Shown here piece after piece: positions 39,757-50,693 of a DNA stretch of 64,000 nt. The notes below the pieces were generated by a model, which had not been told where the DNA came from, searched no databases, and saw only the letters and a program-made list of their open reading frames with translations. Within the stretch, counting starts at the first letter, position 1; every line of letters begins with the position of its first letter. Source of the DNA: Nanobdellota archaeon (GTDB lineage: Archaea > Nanobdellota > Nanobdellia > Pacearchaeales > GW2011-AR1); NCBI GenBank assembly GCA_049324275.1, contig JBMOLG010000001.1, forward strand, positions 47,606 through 111,605, read 5' to 3'. The translations under genes and the position numbers were made by a program.

Positions 39757-40089
39757 TTATAAGAGAAGAGGATTCATTTTTAAGAAAATCTGCCAAAGTA
39801 AAGCAAAAAGAAATACTAAAACAGGCATTATCCAAGCCATAAAAAATTTTAATTTTTTCTTGTCCACATTAATTCCTAAAAGGACCAGATATTGATAATA
39901 AAAAGTCATGTAAGGATCTTTTCCAAACTGTATTTGGGTTAGTATGCATCCATGATAAATTAATTGCTGCAAATAGAGAAAAACTACTCCGATAAAGATT
40001 AATTTCCAATTAAAAAGGAATGGTGATGAATATGCAGTGATTATTAAAACTAAATGGACCCAAAAGATAAATCCAAAATTATTTTCCAT
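39757..40089 (-). CDS. hypothetical membrane protein
   Basis: 110 aa with three hydrophobic helices. Confidence 0.35.
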   Translation of the reverse strand: MENNFGFIFWVHLVLIITAYSSPFLFNWKLIFIGVVFLYLQQLIYHGCILTQIQFGKDPYMTFYYQYLVLLGINVDKKKLKFFMAWIMPVLVFLFALLWQIFLKMNPLLL

Positions 40090-42276
40090 TTATTTTTTAT
40101 CTTTTTTTAAATTCTTATTTTTTTCTGAGGCAGAATTTTTGGCACTTTGTTTGATAGGCTTTTCTATTGACTTAGAAACAGTTTCTAATGCATAATCAAA
40201 ATCTTCTTTTAAAATTTTTAATGACTCTGATTTTTTTATTTTGTAAAATCGCTTGATGGAATTCAGCCCTGCATTTCTACAGACTGCTTCAATATCCGCA
40301 CCAGTCCAGCCTTCTGTCTTTTCAATATATTCATTAATATTGACGGACTTATCAAGAGGCATATTTCGTGTATGCACTGCAAATATTTTTTCTCGCGTTA
40401 TTTTATCTGGAAACGGAAGCTCAAGAATAGAATCAATTCTGCCTGGCCTTAATAATGCCGGATCTATCAAATCTTTTCTGTTAGTTGCAGCAATTATTAT
40501 TACTTTTTCAAGTTCTTCAATGCCATCCAGTTCTGTAAGCAATTGATTTACAACCCTTTCTGTAGAGTCAGTCAAGGAACTGCCACGCGCTTTTGATATG
40601 CTGTCAAATTCATCAAAAAATATTATTGAAGGAGATACCTGCCTTGCTTTTTTGAAAATTTCACGAACATGTTTTTCAGATTCTCCTACCCATTTGCTGA
40701 TTAATTCAGGGCCTTTTACTGAAATAAAATTTGCATTTGCTTCATTTGCGACTGCTTTTGCCAACAGGGTTTTTCCTGTGCCAGGGGGCCCTGTCAATAA
40801 AACTCCCTTAGAAGCTTTGATTCCTGCTGAAACAAATAAGTCCGGCCTTAACAAAGGCAATTCAACCAATTCTCTTAATTTTTCCTTTGCCTCTTCCAAG
40901 CCTCCAACATCATCCCAAGTCACGTGAGGTTTTTGTATGAGGACTTCACGCATTGCCGAAGGCTCCACTGATTTAAGGCCTTCGATAAAATGATTTCTTT
41001 TTACTTTTATTTTATCCAAAATTTGTGTAGGGACTTTTTCCTGAAGATTTTTCAATTCGTTAAAATAAGGCTTAATGGACTTTAATGCCGCTTCCTTGCA
41101 GAGAACTTCGATATCTGCACCCGTAAATCCAATAGTCTTTCTTGCAATTTCTTCAAAATTCACATCTTTATCAAGGGGCATACCCCTTGTATGGATCTGC
41201 AAAATTTCTTTTCTTCCGGATTCATTAGGGGGATTAATTCTCAACTCTCTGTCAAATCTTCCCGGTCTTCTTAAAGCTTCATCAATATCATCGGGTCTAT
41301 TAGTCGCAGCCATCACGACTACTTGTCCTCTTGTTTTCAGCCCATCCATCAAAGTTAAAAGCTGGGCTACAATTCTCCTTTCTGTCTGGTCTGTTCCCTC
41401 CCCTCTTTTAGGAGCTATTGAATCAATTTCATCAATAAAAATTATTGCAGGCGCACTTTTTTCAGCTTTATCAAATACATCTCTTATATGTTTTTCAGAT
41501 TCACCATAATATTTCGACATGATTTCAGGCCCTGCTATTGAAAAAAATGCAGAATCAGTCTCATTTGCGACTGCTTTTGCCAACAGGGTTTTTCCTGTGC
41601 CAGGGGGCCCTGTCAATAAAACTCCCTTAGGGGCGCCAACCCCTAATTTTTGAAAAACTTCGGGATGCTTCATCGGCAATTCAACCATTTCTCTTATTAA
41701 TTCAATCTCTTCTTTCAAGCCCCCAATGTCTTCATACGATACGCCTGTCGCCTTTAATTCCCCGCTGTAAGGGACATCGGAAACAGTGATCTTTGTCGAA
41801 GGCGTGACAATTACATAAGTTTTTGGATTTGTTTTTGAAACTACATAACCCAATCTTGTGCCAAAGACATCAATAACTGTTTTTTGATTTTGGGCCAATG
41901 GCTTGTGCATAAGCTTTGAATGAAAATATTCTGTTGGATCATCGCTGAATCTTACCTCTTCGAGAGGGGAAAGAACAATAGATTTTGCTTCTTCAATTTT
42001 TATTTTGCTGACAACAATTTTGTCTCCAATTGAAGCGCTTATATTTGAACGCACAGTCCCATCAAGGCGAATGATATCATTTTTTTCATCTTTAAGGGAT
42101 CTCATTGCCTTGACAACGCTTGTTCCTTTAGCTTTAATTTCTAAAATATCTCCTGATACTAAACCAAAATAATCCATAACTTTAGATGGAATTCTAGCTA
42201 TTCCCTTATCAATATCTTCCTGAATAGATTCTGCAATTTCAAGCTCTATTTGATTTGGATTTTTTTCAGTTGTCAT
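40090..42276 (-). CDS. cdc48: Cdc48/VAT-type AAA+ ATPase (two AAA domains)
   Basis: Two Walker A sites [22 protein letters not shown], two Walker B sites ([18 protein letters not shown]), and an N-terminal double-psi barrel region. Confidence 0.9.
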   Translation of the reverse strand: MTTEKNPNQIELEIAESIQEDIDKGIARIPSKVMDYFGLVSGDILEIKAKGTSVVKAMRSLKDEKNDIIRLDGTVRSNISASIGDKIVVSKIKIEEAKSIVLSPLEEVRFSDDPTEYFHSKLMHKPLAQNQKTVIDVFGTRLGYVVSKTNPKTYVIVTPSTKITVSDVPYSGELKATGVSYEDIGGLKEEIELIREMVELPMKHPEVFQKLGVGAPKGVLLTGPPGTGKTLLAKAVANETDSAFFSIAGPEIMSKYYGESEKHIRDVFDKAEKSAPAIIFIDEIDSIAPKRGEGTDQTERRIVAQLLTLMDGLKTRGQVVVMAATNRPDDIDEALRRPGRFDRELRINPPNESGRKEILQIHTRGMPLDKDVNFEEIARKTIGFTGADIEVLCKEAALKSIKPYFNELKNLQEKVPTQILDKIKVKRNHFIEGLKSVEPSAMREVLIQKPHVTWDDVGGLEEAKEKLRELVELPLLRPDLFVSAGIKASKGVLLTGPPGTGKTLLAKAVANEANANFISVKGPELISKWVGESEKHVREIFKKARQVSPSIIFFDEFDSISKARGSSLTDSTERVVNQLLTELDGIEELEKVIIIAATNRKDLIDPALLRPGRIDSILELPFPDKITREKIFAVHTRNMPLDKSVNINEYIEKTEGWTGADIEAVCRNAGLNSIKRFYKIKKSESLKILKEDFDYALETVSKSIEKPIKQSAKNSASEKNKNLKKDKK

Positions 42277-42875
42277 CTTATAAGCCTAACTTTTTCATTT
42301 AAAATTAACAATGCTTCACCATCTTTTAATCTATATATTGATTGAGAAATTTCTTTTTCAATTTTACTAATTCTCTTTTCCCTATCCTTTGCATAATGAG
42401 GAGCAATTATCATGCCCGTTAAATTTATCCCTGCATAATTTTTTAACTTAATATTATTATTATCAAATGCGATCCGAATATCCGGACCTGCAATAATCGT
42501 TCCTGCACTTACTCCTACATATGCAACTCCTTTATTTACTAATTCACAAATTTTATCTGAAAATTTAGTTTCATTTAATCTCTTCATTAGATAAAAAGTG
42601 TTACCTCCTTCGATGTAAATAGAATCTATGTTATCTAACACTTTATAATCTGGATTTCTATCTAAATCAAATTCAAATAAATTTTTTTTGCTTATACCTG
42701 AATTGAATATTTCAATTTTATTTTCTTCTACATAGAATTTATCTTTCTCTACGTTTGAAGCTGTAGGAATGTATAATATTTTTATTTCTTCCTTAGGCTT
42801 ATCAATAATCTCAAAAAATTTATCTCTAACTTTTTCATTATCAAAGCCAGTGGAAGTTAATAATAATTTTTTCAT
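42273..42875 (-). CDS. pepE: peptidase S51 (dipeptidase E-like)
   Basis: GGNTFYL, GVSAGT (Ser nucleophile) and APHY (His). Confidence 0.65.
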   Translation of the reverse strand: MKKLLLTSTGFDNEKVRDKFFEIIDKPKEEIKILYIPTASNVEKDKFYVEENKIEIFNSGISKKNLFEFDLDRNPDYKVLDNIDSIYIEGGNTFYLMKRLNETKFSDKICELVNKGVAYVGVSAGTIIAGPDIRIAFDNNNIKLKNYAGINLTGMIIAPHYAKDREKRISKIEKEISQSIYRLKDGEALLILNEKVRLIR

Positions 42876-43261
42876 TTTTTCTTTTCAAATTTTAATTCAA
42901 GTACTCCATTTTTCATTGTATGGCTGAATTTTTTTGCATCAACAAATGGAGGGAGAATTTTCTTAATCAAAATTCCGTGCTTAAGCTTAGACATTAAATA
43001 TTCCTGAACCCCTCCATCTTCAGACTTTGAAGCTTTTATCATCAGTTCTTTCCCTTTTGTATCAATGCTTATATCTTTTTCATCATAGCCAGGGAGTTCA
43101 AATACAATAAAAATATGTTTTCCTGTTTCAATAAAATCTATTATTCTATCTTCTTCTTCTCCTTTTATTATGGTTTCCCTCTCTCGCCCACCCCTTCGAG
43201 GTCCAAAAAATTCTCTAATCAAATCTTCAAACGGATCTTTCTCTCCAAAAAAGTCTGCCAT
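42872..43261 (-). CDS. hsp20: Hsp20/alpha-crystallin small heat-shock protein
   Basis: ACD pattern IFIVFELPGYDEKDISID...LMIKA...GVLELKF. Confidence 0.8.
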   Translation of the reverse strand: MADFFGEKDPFEDLIREFFGPRRGGRERETIIKGEEEDRIIDFIETGKHIFIVFELPGYDEKDISIDTKGKELMIKASKSEDGGVQEYLMSKLKHGILIKKILPPFVDAKKFSHTMKNGVLELKFEKKK

Positions 43262-43305
43262 TTTTCACCTTATATTAAAATTATGAAAGATAACTTATAA
43301 ATTTT

Positions 43306-43656
43306 TTGTTTAATTTTTTAATTTATTGTAACTACAAGTTATTTAAACTTAACAAACTTATAACTGTAATGTATGACATAGACCAAAATTCTGATTGCAG
43401 ATTGATTTTAACAGGAGATAATGGGCCTGAATTAAAGAAAATCCAGACTAATTTTATTAATGATTTAAATTGGTTATTACAAGAACAAAAGGTTGAATCA
43501 TTTAAAGCTTCGTTCAGTTTCCCTTCTATTTTTGGATTTTTTCTTTATGGATGCAAATGGATGGAGATTGAAGCTGTAAAAGAAGGCAGAAAATCGAAAA
43601 TTATCTCACATGCGAAGTATGGGTTTATTCCTTATCTTATAGGCGGACCAACTTAA
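43306..43656 (+). CDS. hypothetical protein
   Basis: 116-aa ORF. Confidence 0.3.
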   Translation: MFNFLIYCNYKLFKLNKLITVMYDIDQNSDCRLILTGDNGPELKKIQTNFINDLNWLLQEQKVESFKASFSFPSIFGFFLYGCKWMEIEAVKEGRKSKIISHAKYGFIPYLIGGPT

Positions 43657-43759
43657 CAATATATATAGAATGATTATCCTAAGTCAGAATCGCTAGATAT
43701 GTTATTAAAGAATGAATTAAAAGTTTAGGGGATTTTTTTAGAAAAGAATATATGAAAAT

Positions 43760-44056
43760 TTAGCACAACCTTATTCCCCTTAATTTCATCAATGAACTGA
43801 AATCATCAAAGGTTGCGTGATACGGATAAATTAGATATTGAGACTTTCTACTTTTCATGTTTCCTTCAATTTTAAATATAAATCTTCGCCCATTATCTAC
43901 GCATATGGAATAATCCCTAAAATCCCCCCTGCTCTCAAATTCCAGGCTTGAACCAGGCACTATGTGCTGATATAATTCCAACAATTCCTTGGCAGCTTCT
44001 TCTATATTTGCAGGTTTCAATGTAAAATTAAATTTTAATCCTCTATGATGTGTCAT
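43760..44056 (-). CDS. hypothetical protein
   Basis: 98-aa ORF. Confidence 0.3.
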   Translation of the reverse strand: MTHHRGLKFNFTLKPANIEEAAKELLELYQHIVPGSSLEFESRGDFRDYSICVDNGRRFIFKIEGNMKSRKSQYLIYPYHATFDDFSSLMKLRGIRLC

Positions 44057-44157
44057 AGATATCCCAAAAAAGAATGATTTTTAAATCTATTGAAATTTAA
44101 GAATGATAAAAATTTATAAATAAAGTTGACTTATTAATATAACTTTAGAGTAGTAAT

Positions 44158-44562
44158 ATGGGAAAAAAATTAGCAATATTAAGTATAGGAGCATTAGCAT
44201 TTCTAGCTTTTAGCATGCATGAGCCAAATTTGGAAAAAAAGCCCTTGAATAAAGGTTATAACACAATAAATTATATGACTAAGCATAATACGCAAAGGAC
44301 TGCGAAATTAGAAGGCACAGTTATGGACATTGAAAAATACCCATATTTAATTCACAGCAAAAACAATAAGCAGAACCTAGAATCTGCAGATGTATTGCAT
44401 ATTGAAGCAAAAGATGGCGAAGATTATATTATAATCTCAAAAAAGCATTTTCAGATAGGGCAAGGAATAAAAATTGATTATTATCCTTTAGATAATTCAA
44501 GAGAGCAATATAAAATTCCGGATTCTGACTTGATTATCATTGCTAATGGGGTTGCCCAATAA
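44158..44562 (+). CDS. hypothetical secreted protein
   Basis: 134 aa with signal-like LAILSIGALAFLAFS. Confidence 0.35.
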   Translation: MGKKLAILSIGALAFLAFSMHEPNLEKKPLNKGYNTINYMTKHNTQRTAKLEGTVMDIEKYPYLIHSKNNKQNLESADVLHIEAKDGEDYIIISKKHFQIGQGIKIDYYPLDNSREQYKIPDSDLIIIANGVAQ

Positions 44563-44591
44563 AAATATAAATCTTTAATTTATTTAATCTT

Positions 44592-45164
44592 ATGGATTTG
44601 GATTACAAAAAGTTCCGCTGGTTTAAAACTTCTTCTGGAAAAATTGTGATTGGCGGAAAGAATGAAGATCAAAATGAAGCTATTGTCAAAGAGTTTATCG
44701 GAAAGAATAATATTATAATACATACTGAAGAGCCAGGAAGTCCTTTCTGCATAATTATGAATGAAAAAGCAAGCAGAGAGGATATAGAAGAAGCATCAAT
44801 TTTTACAGCCAGCTTTTCCCAACAATGGAAAAAGAAAAAATCAAAGGCTCAAGTCAATATTTTTTCCGGAAAAGATGTTCATAAAGAGAAAAGCATGAAG
44901 ACAGGAACTTTTGGTGTAAATAATTCGAAGAGAAAAAATGTTGAATTAAAATTAAAGATTGCTGTTCAGGATGAAAAGATTAGGGCTATCCCGCTTAATG
45001 CAGAATCTGAAATAAATTTGCCGGAGATCATTTTAAGCCCTGGAATGATTCCCAAAGCAGAAGTTTCAAAGCTTATAAAACAAAACTTAAAAAATTACAA
45101 TTTTTCCTTAGAAGATATTGAACAAGCCATACCTTCTGGAGGGTTTAATATAAGAAAAATTTAA
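44592..45164 (+). CDS. DUF814/NFACT-R domain protein
   Basis: IVIGGKNEDQNEAIVKEFIGKNNIIIHTEEPGSPFCII matches the NFACT-R pattern (GkNaxeND...HaxxxpGsHvvi). Confidence 0.5.
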   Translation: MDLDYKKFRWFKTSSGKIVIGGKNEDQNEAIVKEFIGKNNIIIHTEEPGSPFCIIMNEKASREDIEEASIFTASFSQQWKKKKSKAQVNIFSGKDVHKEKSMKTGTFGVNNSKRKNVELKLKIAVQDEKIRAIPLNAESEINLPEIILSPGMIPKAEVSKLIKQNLKNYNFSLEDIEQAIPSGGFNIRKI

Positions 45165-45733
45165 TTTCCTCTTCTTCTATTTGCCCTTAATGAAGGTCTA
45201 ACTTTTGGAGCTTTTATTGAAGAATTCCTTAATCCTCTCGCCCGCTTTCCTGCAGAAGTTATCCCTCTAAAGGACTTGTTTTTTGGCGAATTTGAAACAT
45301 AAGAGAGCTGTTTGTCTGATTTTATTTCAGGAGCATTTCTATCTGCTAATATTACTTCAAAGAAATAATGCATGCCATCCTTTCCAATTTGGTAAGAGTT
45401 TATTACTTCCATGTTAGGGTATTTTCTTGCCACTCTTTGTTCTGCGACTTCTCTATAATTCATTTTAAGAATTTTCTTTATAGTCATTCTCTTGCTTCTT
45501 CTTCCTTTTTCAGGCCTTGGCTTTTTTCTTCCCCCCCTGATTAATCTAACTCTGACAACAATGATTCCCTTTTTTGCTTTATAGCCAAGTTCATGTGCTC
45601 TATGCAATTTTAATGGCTTTTCAACTCTGACAATTACAGGAGATTTCCTCCATTCAACCATCCTTTGTTTTAATGTATCATTATCAGGATTTTTCCATGT
45701 TTCTCTCTGATAGTAATATGAACCTTTTACCAT
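45161..45733 (-). CDS. rpl15e: 50S ribosomal protein L15e
   Basis: YQRETWKNP...LGYKAKKGIIVVRVRL...GRRSKR...PSLRANRRRG is colinear with L15e. Confidence 0.9.
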   Translation of the reverse strand: MVKGSYYYQRETWKNPDNDTLKQRMVEWRKSPVIVRVEKPLKLHRAHELGYKAKKGIIVVRVRLIRGGRKKPRPEKGRRSKRMTIKKILKMNYREVAEQRVARKYPNMEVINSYQIGKDGMHYFFEVILADRNAPEIKSDKQLSYVSNSPKNKSFRGITSAGKRARGLRNSSIKAPKVRPSLRANRRRGN

Positions 45734-45791
45734 TTTAACACATAATGAATAGGGTTTTTAAAGCTTTTTGAGAATTTAATATAACAATTAA

Positions 45792-45912
45792 TGAGCCTGC
45801 GCAGATTCGAACTGCGGACCCCTGCCTGTCTGAAATCAATTGATTTCGGACACCCAAAATCTTGATTTTGATGTTATCAGAGCAGTGCTCTACCTGGCTG
45901 AGCTACAGGCTC
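45792..45912 (-). tRNA. tRNA-Ile (anticodon GAU) with a ~47-nt intron at the canonical 37/38 position
   Basis: Reverse complement folds as acceptor GAGCCTG/CAGGCTC, D-arm GCTC...GAGC, anticodon stem CTGCT with loop CTGATA|intron|A, 3' stem GGCAG, T-arm CGCAG-TTCGAAT-CTGCG. The intron contains the 16-nt palindrome GAAATCAATTGATTTC. Confidence 0.75.
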
Positions 45913-45958
45913 ATATTAAGTGAAAAAATAGCACTTATTTAAAGGTTTCTTATTATTT

Positions 45959-47221
45959 TTACATCCAATTAACCCGCAAAAAATGAGTAGAACACGAAAA
46001 GCAGGGATCATATGCCCTGATTAATTTTTCTATCTCAAGAACAAGATTTTCTTTGCTTATTTTTTTGTTTTTCTCTAAAAGATATTCGACAAAATTCTTA
46101 ATGTCCTGTTCGAGCATTGCGAGATTTTGGGCAGTGGGAGTTATAATGTTGCAATAAGAAATTTTTCCAGTATTATCAATTTTATACTCATGAAACAAAG
46201 TTCCGCGCGGGGCTTCAACAGCTGAAATTCCGCTTCCGGACTTTATTTTTATCTTTTGCTCTTTGTTGTCTGAATTTAATTTTTTTAATAATACCAATGC
46301 TCTCTGCCTGAAATAAGAAAGTTCTATAGCCTGAGCAATAATGTTGTGAAATGGATTTTTAGATGGAAATCTATTTTTAAGGAAATGTTTTGAATGCTCA
46401 TCTAAAGATTCGAGATTGTTGTTTATTCTGGAGATTGCACCGACCATAAATGGTTTAGAGTTCTGCAAAACGAATTTTGATGTGGCATATTCTTTAATGT
46501 TCTCCTGCAGATATTTCTTGTAATCATCGACTTCGACTAATTTATCAGCAGAACCAATCTTTCCAGAAATTGTCGCATATTCAGAGTCTTTTAATGACAG
46601 ATAAAAAGATTCCCTTTCAAAACCATGATAATCTAAATTCGAAAATAAATTTATTGTTTCATCAATCAATTCTTTTGACTCTTCTAATTTCTCAATCAAT
46701 TCTTTAAAGTTTAGATCTTGAGGCAGGCTTTTGTTCATGCATAAAAATGGATGAATTTCTCTTCCTCCAAAGATTTCAACAATTTTGTTTCCCAATGAAA
46801 TTAAAGATAATGCATTATCAATTTTTTCCCGGTGTTTTTTTGACATTTCTAAAGCAGAACTAAAGCCAAAATAATCAGGAAGCGAGAAAAAGTATAAATG
46901 AGTTACGTGACTTCGTATTCTTTCCCCGATCATTAATAATTCACGGATAATTTTCTGCTGTTCTGCTGGCTTAATTCCCAAAGCATTTTCGAGCGCCTGA
47001 ATGCATGCGATTGTATGGGCAGAAGAGCAAATCCCGCAAATTCTTGAAACAATTTCCTGAATGTCTTCCACATTTCTGCCTAAAACTAATGCTTCAAAAA
47101 ATCTTGCGCCTTCTGCGGCTTTCAATTCACAGGTTTTTATTTTATTGCCTTCAATTTTCAGGCTTAAATGCGCATGCCCTTCTATTTTGCAGATGTGATT
47201 TAAGTTTATTTCTTTGACCAT
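45959..47221 (-). CDS. [NiFe] hydrogenase large (catalytic) subunit, group 3
   Basis: N-terminal RICGICSSAH (L1, Ni-Fe ligands) and C-terminal DPCFSCSTH (L2). 420 aa. Confidence 0.85.
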   Translation of the reverse strand: MVKEINLNHICKIEGHAHLSLKIEGNKIKTCELKAAEGARFFEALVLGRNVEDIQEIVSRICGICSSAHTIACIQALENALGIKPAEQQKIIRELLMIGERIRSHVTHLYFFSLPDYFGFSSALEMSKKHREKIDNALSLISLGNKIVEIFGGREIHPFLCMNKSLPQDLNFKELIEKLEESKELIDETINLFSNLDYHGFERESFYLSLKDSEYATISGKIGSADKLVEVDDYKKYLQENIKEYATSKFVLQNSKPFMVGAISRINNNLESLDEHSKHFLKNRFPSKNPFHNIIAQAIELSYFRQRALVLLKKLNSDNKEQKIKIKSGSGISAVEAPRGTLFHEYKIDNTGKISYCNIITPTAQNLAMLEQDIKNFVEYLLEKNKKISKENLVLEIEKLIRAYDPCFSCSTHFLRVNWM

Positions 47222-47264
47222 TCTCTTTTAAATCTAAAATAAAAAAGAGTTTTTATATTCATCG

Positions 47265-47633
47265 TCACAAATATTCCTTCCAGTTATTTTTATGATCTTT
47301 ATACAAGACTAATCTTTCTCTTCTTTCTATTTTGCGGTGATTATAGACTTCAATGAAAACATCTGTAACATCTACAAGATATTCAGCTGAAGCTTTATTA
47401 GTTGAAGGCGATTCAAGAATAAACAGGTAATTCATGTCCTGCGAATGGCTATTAGGAATCTTAAGATTCCTTTGCTTTTTTATTTCTTTTAAAGATTCTA
47501 TTGAATAAATGTCAATAAAAAGTCCGGATCCGAATATTTCTTTCCTGATTAATTCAAGGGTTTTTTGAATTTGGAATGGCTCCAGATGAAGATGAACAAA
47601 TGCGTAAGCTTCCCCCAACCCCTTCTGATTCAT
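47265..47633 (-). CDS. hypothetical protein, paralog 1 (G-x-A-[YF]-AF family)
   Basis: 122 aa starting MNQKGLGEAYAFVHLHL. Immediately upstream of the hydrogenase large subunit. Confidence 0.35.
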   Translation of the reverse strand: MNQKGLGEAYAFVHLHLEPFQIQKTLELIRKEIFGSGLFIDIYSIESLKEIKKQRNLKIPNSHSQDMNYLFILESPSTNKASAEYLVDVTDVFIEVYNHRKIERRERLVLYKDHKNNWKEYL

Positions 47634-47746
47634 GTGCAGAATTATATTCTTCTGTATAAAAGTTTATTTGAAAGAAAAATCAAAGGCAAATATATTTTTT
47701 AAGTTCCGAAATATCAAATTAATACGCTAAATTAGAACATCAAAGA

Positions 47747-48085
47747 TTACATTATTACTTTATAGGAATCCCTTTCCTTATAGAAAATTTGAGCTTGGGC
47801 TCTTTCCCCATTATTATAAAGTCCTGAATCTTCTAACTTACTCACAACAGAAGATAATTCTTTTGCAGTTTTTCTATTATCCAAATTAGGATCTGTAGAT
47901 ATTAATACATAGTTTGCTTTAGGAGAATGCTTAATTTTCTTTGGCAATTCCAATTTTTTAAAATCATCACTCGCATAAAGTTCTAAGCTCCTCTTTTCAG
48001 GAGTATTTAATTCTCTTGCAACGTCTTCTGGCTTGGCACTGCAACTGAAAAATGCAAATGCCTGTCCAACTGGTTTATTTTTCAT
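47747..48085 (-). CDS. hypothetical protein, paralog 2 (G-x-A-[YF]-AF family)
   Basis: 112 aa starting MKNKPVGQAFAFFSCS. Confidence 0.35.
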   Translation of the reverse strand: MKNKPVGQAFAFFSCSAKPEDVARELNTPEKRSLELYASDDFKKLELPKKIKHSPKANYVLISTDPNLDNRKTAKELSSVVSKLEDSGLYNNGERAQAQIFYKERDSYKVIM

Positions 48086-48162
48086 GCAAAAATTCAGAAA
48101 AACTCTCTTTATAAACTTTTTTATTTTTTGTTACTTTAAAGTTAAATCAAATATTTAAAGTT

Positions 48163-49863
48163 TTAGCTTTTCAACTTCTTAAAAATAAAATTAAAATAAT
48201 CTGTTTTAAAAGAATTTGCCATTTTCTCGACAATTAACTCGGGAGTTGAATGCGCCAACCTTCCGATTACAGGGTTATGATCTACAATCAATTCAAAATT
48301 ATCATCAAGCCCTTTGGCTTCTATGCCGTCAATCCTTGCCCCTTTTGGAAGTGACTTTTGAATTTCAAATCCCAAGTGTGTTGCTATAACTAAAAAGCAA
48401 TCTTTAGAAATGAAATACTCTGCTGTAGCAGAAATGATATTGCCTGCAACGCCTGGCTCTGTTACTGATTCAATTTCATCTGCTAAAATCAAAGTTTTTC
48501 CTTCAGGATTAATTTGCGACATTTGAGTCAAGAGGGTTTCAAAGGCGCCCTTGCTCATTGAGCCCTTGTTTTTTGCAAAATAATAGACCTGATTAAAAAT
48601 AGGAAGATTCAAATTTCCTGAAACAGGAAGGCCTATTTGAGACAATGTAACTAATTGAATAATATGTTCCAACAGAGTTGTTTTTCCTCCTGAATTTGCT
48701 CCAGTTAAAATAGAGCACTTATGCTCATTATTCAGATTAAAACAAACTGGTTGGGCGTTTTCCAAAAAAATATTTTTTGAATTTGTAAACTTAAGTTCTT
48801 CAGCATGTTTAGGATAATTTTCAAAGCTTGAGATAAAGTTAGAGATTCCGGATATAAAATCAAATATTAAAAGTTCGGCTGAAATTTTTTTTAATTTTTC
48901 AGGAGCGGATTTGAGGCTTTTAGAATTCTGCTTTAAGATTGCGGATTTATCTGTGAATTCCGACGTATTTTGGCGTTTTATAAAATTGTCAAGCTCTCGT
49001 TCATCAACCTCAAGAGGAATTGAGATGCTGAACAAATGAGATGGAATTTTTGTTTTGGAAATCTCAGAATTGATGATTTCTTTTAATTCACAGGGAATTC
49101 CTTTTTTTAAAATTGAAAGCAAGGATTCACCAGAAACAGTCATTGTTTTTATTTGTGAAAAGATTTTTTCGTTGATATTTTCCAGCTCTTCAAAGATTTT
49201 TTCTTTGCTTAAGATTTCTGTTTTAGACCTGACAAGATTCAGGATTGACAAAAGTTCTTTGATTGTTTCCTGCTCAAAATTGTTATTCATTAAGACTTCA
49301 AAATTCTCCTGCCAAGATGAAAGCAAGATAAGATAACGCTCTAAATAAGCATCTTCTAGGTTATTTACAAAAATTGCTTGCGGGAGGCTTTCTAAGAAAT
49401 TTGAAAATTGATCGCAATCAACAACATAAACTAAATCGTATCGCTCAAGATAGGCAATATCATTTTCAGTTGCAATGAACTTGACTGTGCATCCAAATTC
49501 CTGCAGTTTTGAAAGATTCTTTTCATTTTCCGTAACAATAACTGCATCATAATTTGGCTTCCATGAAGATTTCGGCACAGAAATTTTTTTTAAGAATTCA
49601 TTGTCAATATTTTTAGCGATAGACTTAAAAAAATCCTGGCGGTTTTTTATCTCTTCAAAATCTGGCGTGAAAGGGAAGCAGGTTAACAAATTAGAAGTGT
49701 CTGCAAAGTAGAAGTTAGAGTTGATTGCACTGATTACTTTGTTATAAACAGATTTTGCATCCTTTGTTTTGAATATTGTTTCTTTTGCATTCACGCTGGT
49801 TTTTGTTTTATTGAACGGGGAGAGATTATTTTTTTCTATATAATCAAGCATCTTTTTTTCCAT
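48163..49863 (-). CDS. MutS-like ABC ATPase (MutS domain V; archaeal MutS2-like)
   Basis: Walker A GANSGGKTT, Walker B LILADEIESVTEP, and a MutS-type signature region upstream. Confidence 0.65.
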   Translation of the reverse strand: MEKKMLDYIEKNNLSPFNKTKTSVNAKETIFKTKDAKSVYNKVISAINSNFYFADTSNLLTCFPFTPDFEEIKNRQDFFKSIAKNIDNEFLKKISVPKSSWKPNYDAVIVTENEKNLSKLQEFGCTVKFIATENDIAYLERYDLVYVVDCDQFSNFLESLPQAIFVNNLEDAYLERYLILLSSWQENFEVLMNNNFEQETIKELLSILNLVRSKTEILSKEKIFEELENINEKIFSQIKTMTVSGESLLSILKKGIPCELKEIINSEISKTKIPSHLFSISIPLEVDERELDNFIKRQNTSEFTDKSAILKQNSKSLKSAPEKLKKISAELLIFDFISGISNFISSFENYPKHAEELKFTNSKNIFLENAQPVCFNLNNEHKCSILTGANSGGKTTLLEHIIQLVTLSQIGLPVSGNLNLPIFNQVYYFAKNKGSMSKGAFETLLTQMSQINPEGKTLILADEIESVTEPGVAGNIISATAEYFISKDCFLVIATHLGFEIQKSLPKGARIDGIEAKGLDDNFELIVDHNPVIGRLAHSTPELIVEKMANSFKTDYFNFIFKKLKS

Positions 49864-49960
49864 TCGTTAAAAAAACCCGCAGGGTTTTTAAGTTTCGCTG
49901 TGATGTTTTGGATAATTTTAAAAACTCATTTTTTATTAATGAATTAGCAAGAATTCTAAG

Positions 49961-50614
49961 ATGAAAAATTTACTGCAAAACTTTCTGCCATGGGTAGAAG
50001 AGAAAAATGAGAACTTTCAGGTAAAAATAATAGATGGAACGACAAGAGAAGAAAGAAATTTTGAAGAGACTAATATTGAAACAAGAAATTATGGGATGTA
50101 CCCAAAGACAGGGGATTGGATACAAATTGCGAGATATGCAGTCAGGGGGCCTGAAAGCATTTACATTCCTGCAAGGGTTGTCATAACAAAAGAAAATCCA
50201 ATAGTTTATATTGATTTAATGGATTGGAAAATGCCGATAGTCCATAACGCAGACTCATATTCAAATTTCATAAGCCCTGCTAGTTGTGAAAAAGGATACA
50301 TGGCACTGAAAGAAGAGGAGGAGCGATTAAGAGGAAAAGGAGTTGGTTATGAAATTATTTTAAGGGATGCTTTTGAAAAAACAATTGCAATTAAGAGAAT
50401 GCCTTTTTTGAAAAATTATTGGGAATTGACACTAACAAATTATCAGGCAGGCAAGCCTCCTTTTCCTGAGCTATTTAATTCAGATGATTTATTTGATGAG
50501 ATTAATGGATTATCAAAAGAAGAGTTAATAGTTGAGGCAGTTTTACATCCGATTGTTGGTTTGCCAAAGGTTTTGGTGTTAGATGTTGAGGAAAAGGATA
50601 TTTTTAGGTTCTAA
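49961..50614 (+). CDS. hypothetical protein
   Basis: 217-aa ORF. Confidence 0.35.
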   Translation: MKNLLQNFLPWVEEKNENFQVKIIDGTTREERNFEETNIETRNYGMYPKTGDWIQIARYAVRGPESIYIPARVVITKENPIVYIDLMDWKMPIVHNADSYSNFISPASCEKGYMALKEEEERLRGKGVGYEIILRDAFEKTIAIKRMPFLKNYWELTLTNYQAGKPPFPELFNSDDLFDEINGLSKEELIVEAVLHPIVGLPKVLVLDVEEKDIFRF

Positions 50615-50693
50615 TGATTTTTATTGTTTGGGTTTTTGGGGGAAGAGTTTAGATAAAAAGTAACTTTTATAATGTAGATTTTTATTTACTTTT

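Noticed and set aside
36459-41509. Listed ORFs antisense to valS and cdc48 (36459..36647, 38261..38647, 38341..38577, 40253..40546, 40598..40927, 41075..41509)
   Set aside because: They lie entirely inside strongly supported genes on the opposite strand. They are low-complexity translations without motifs.
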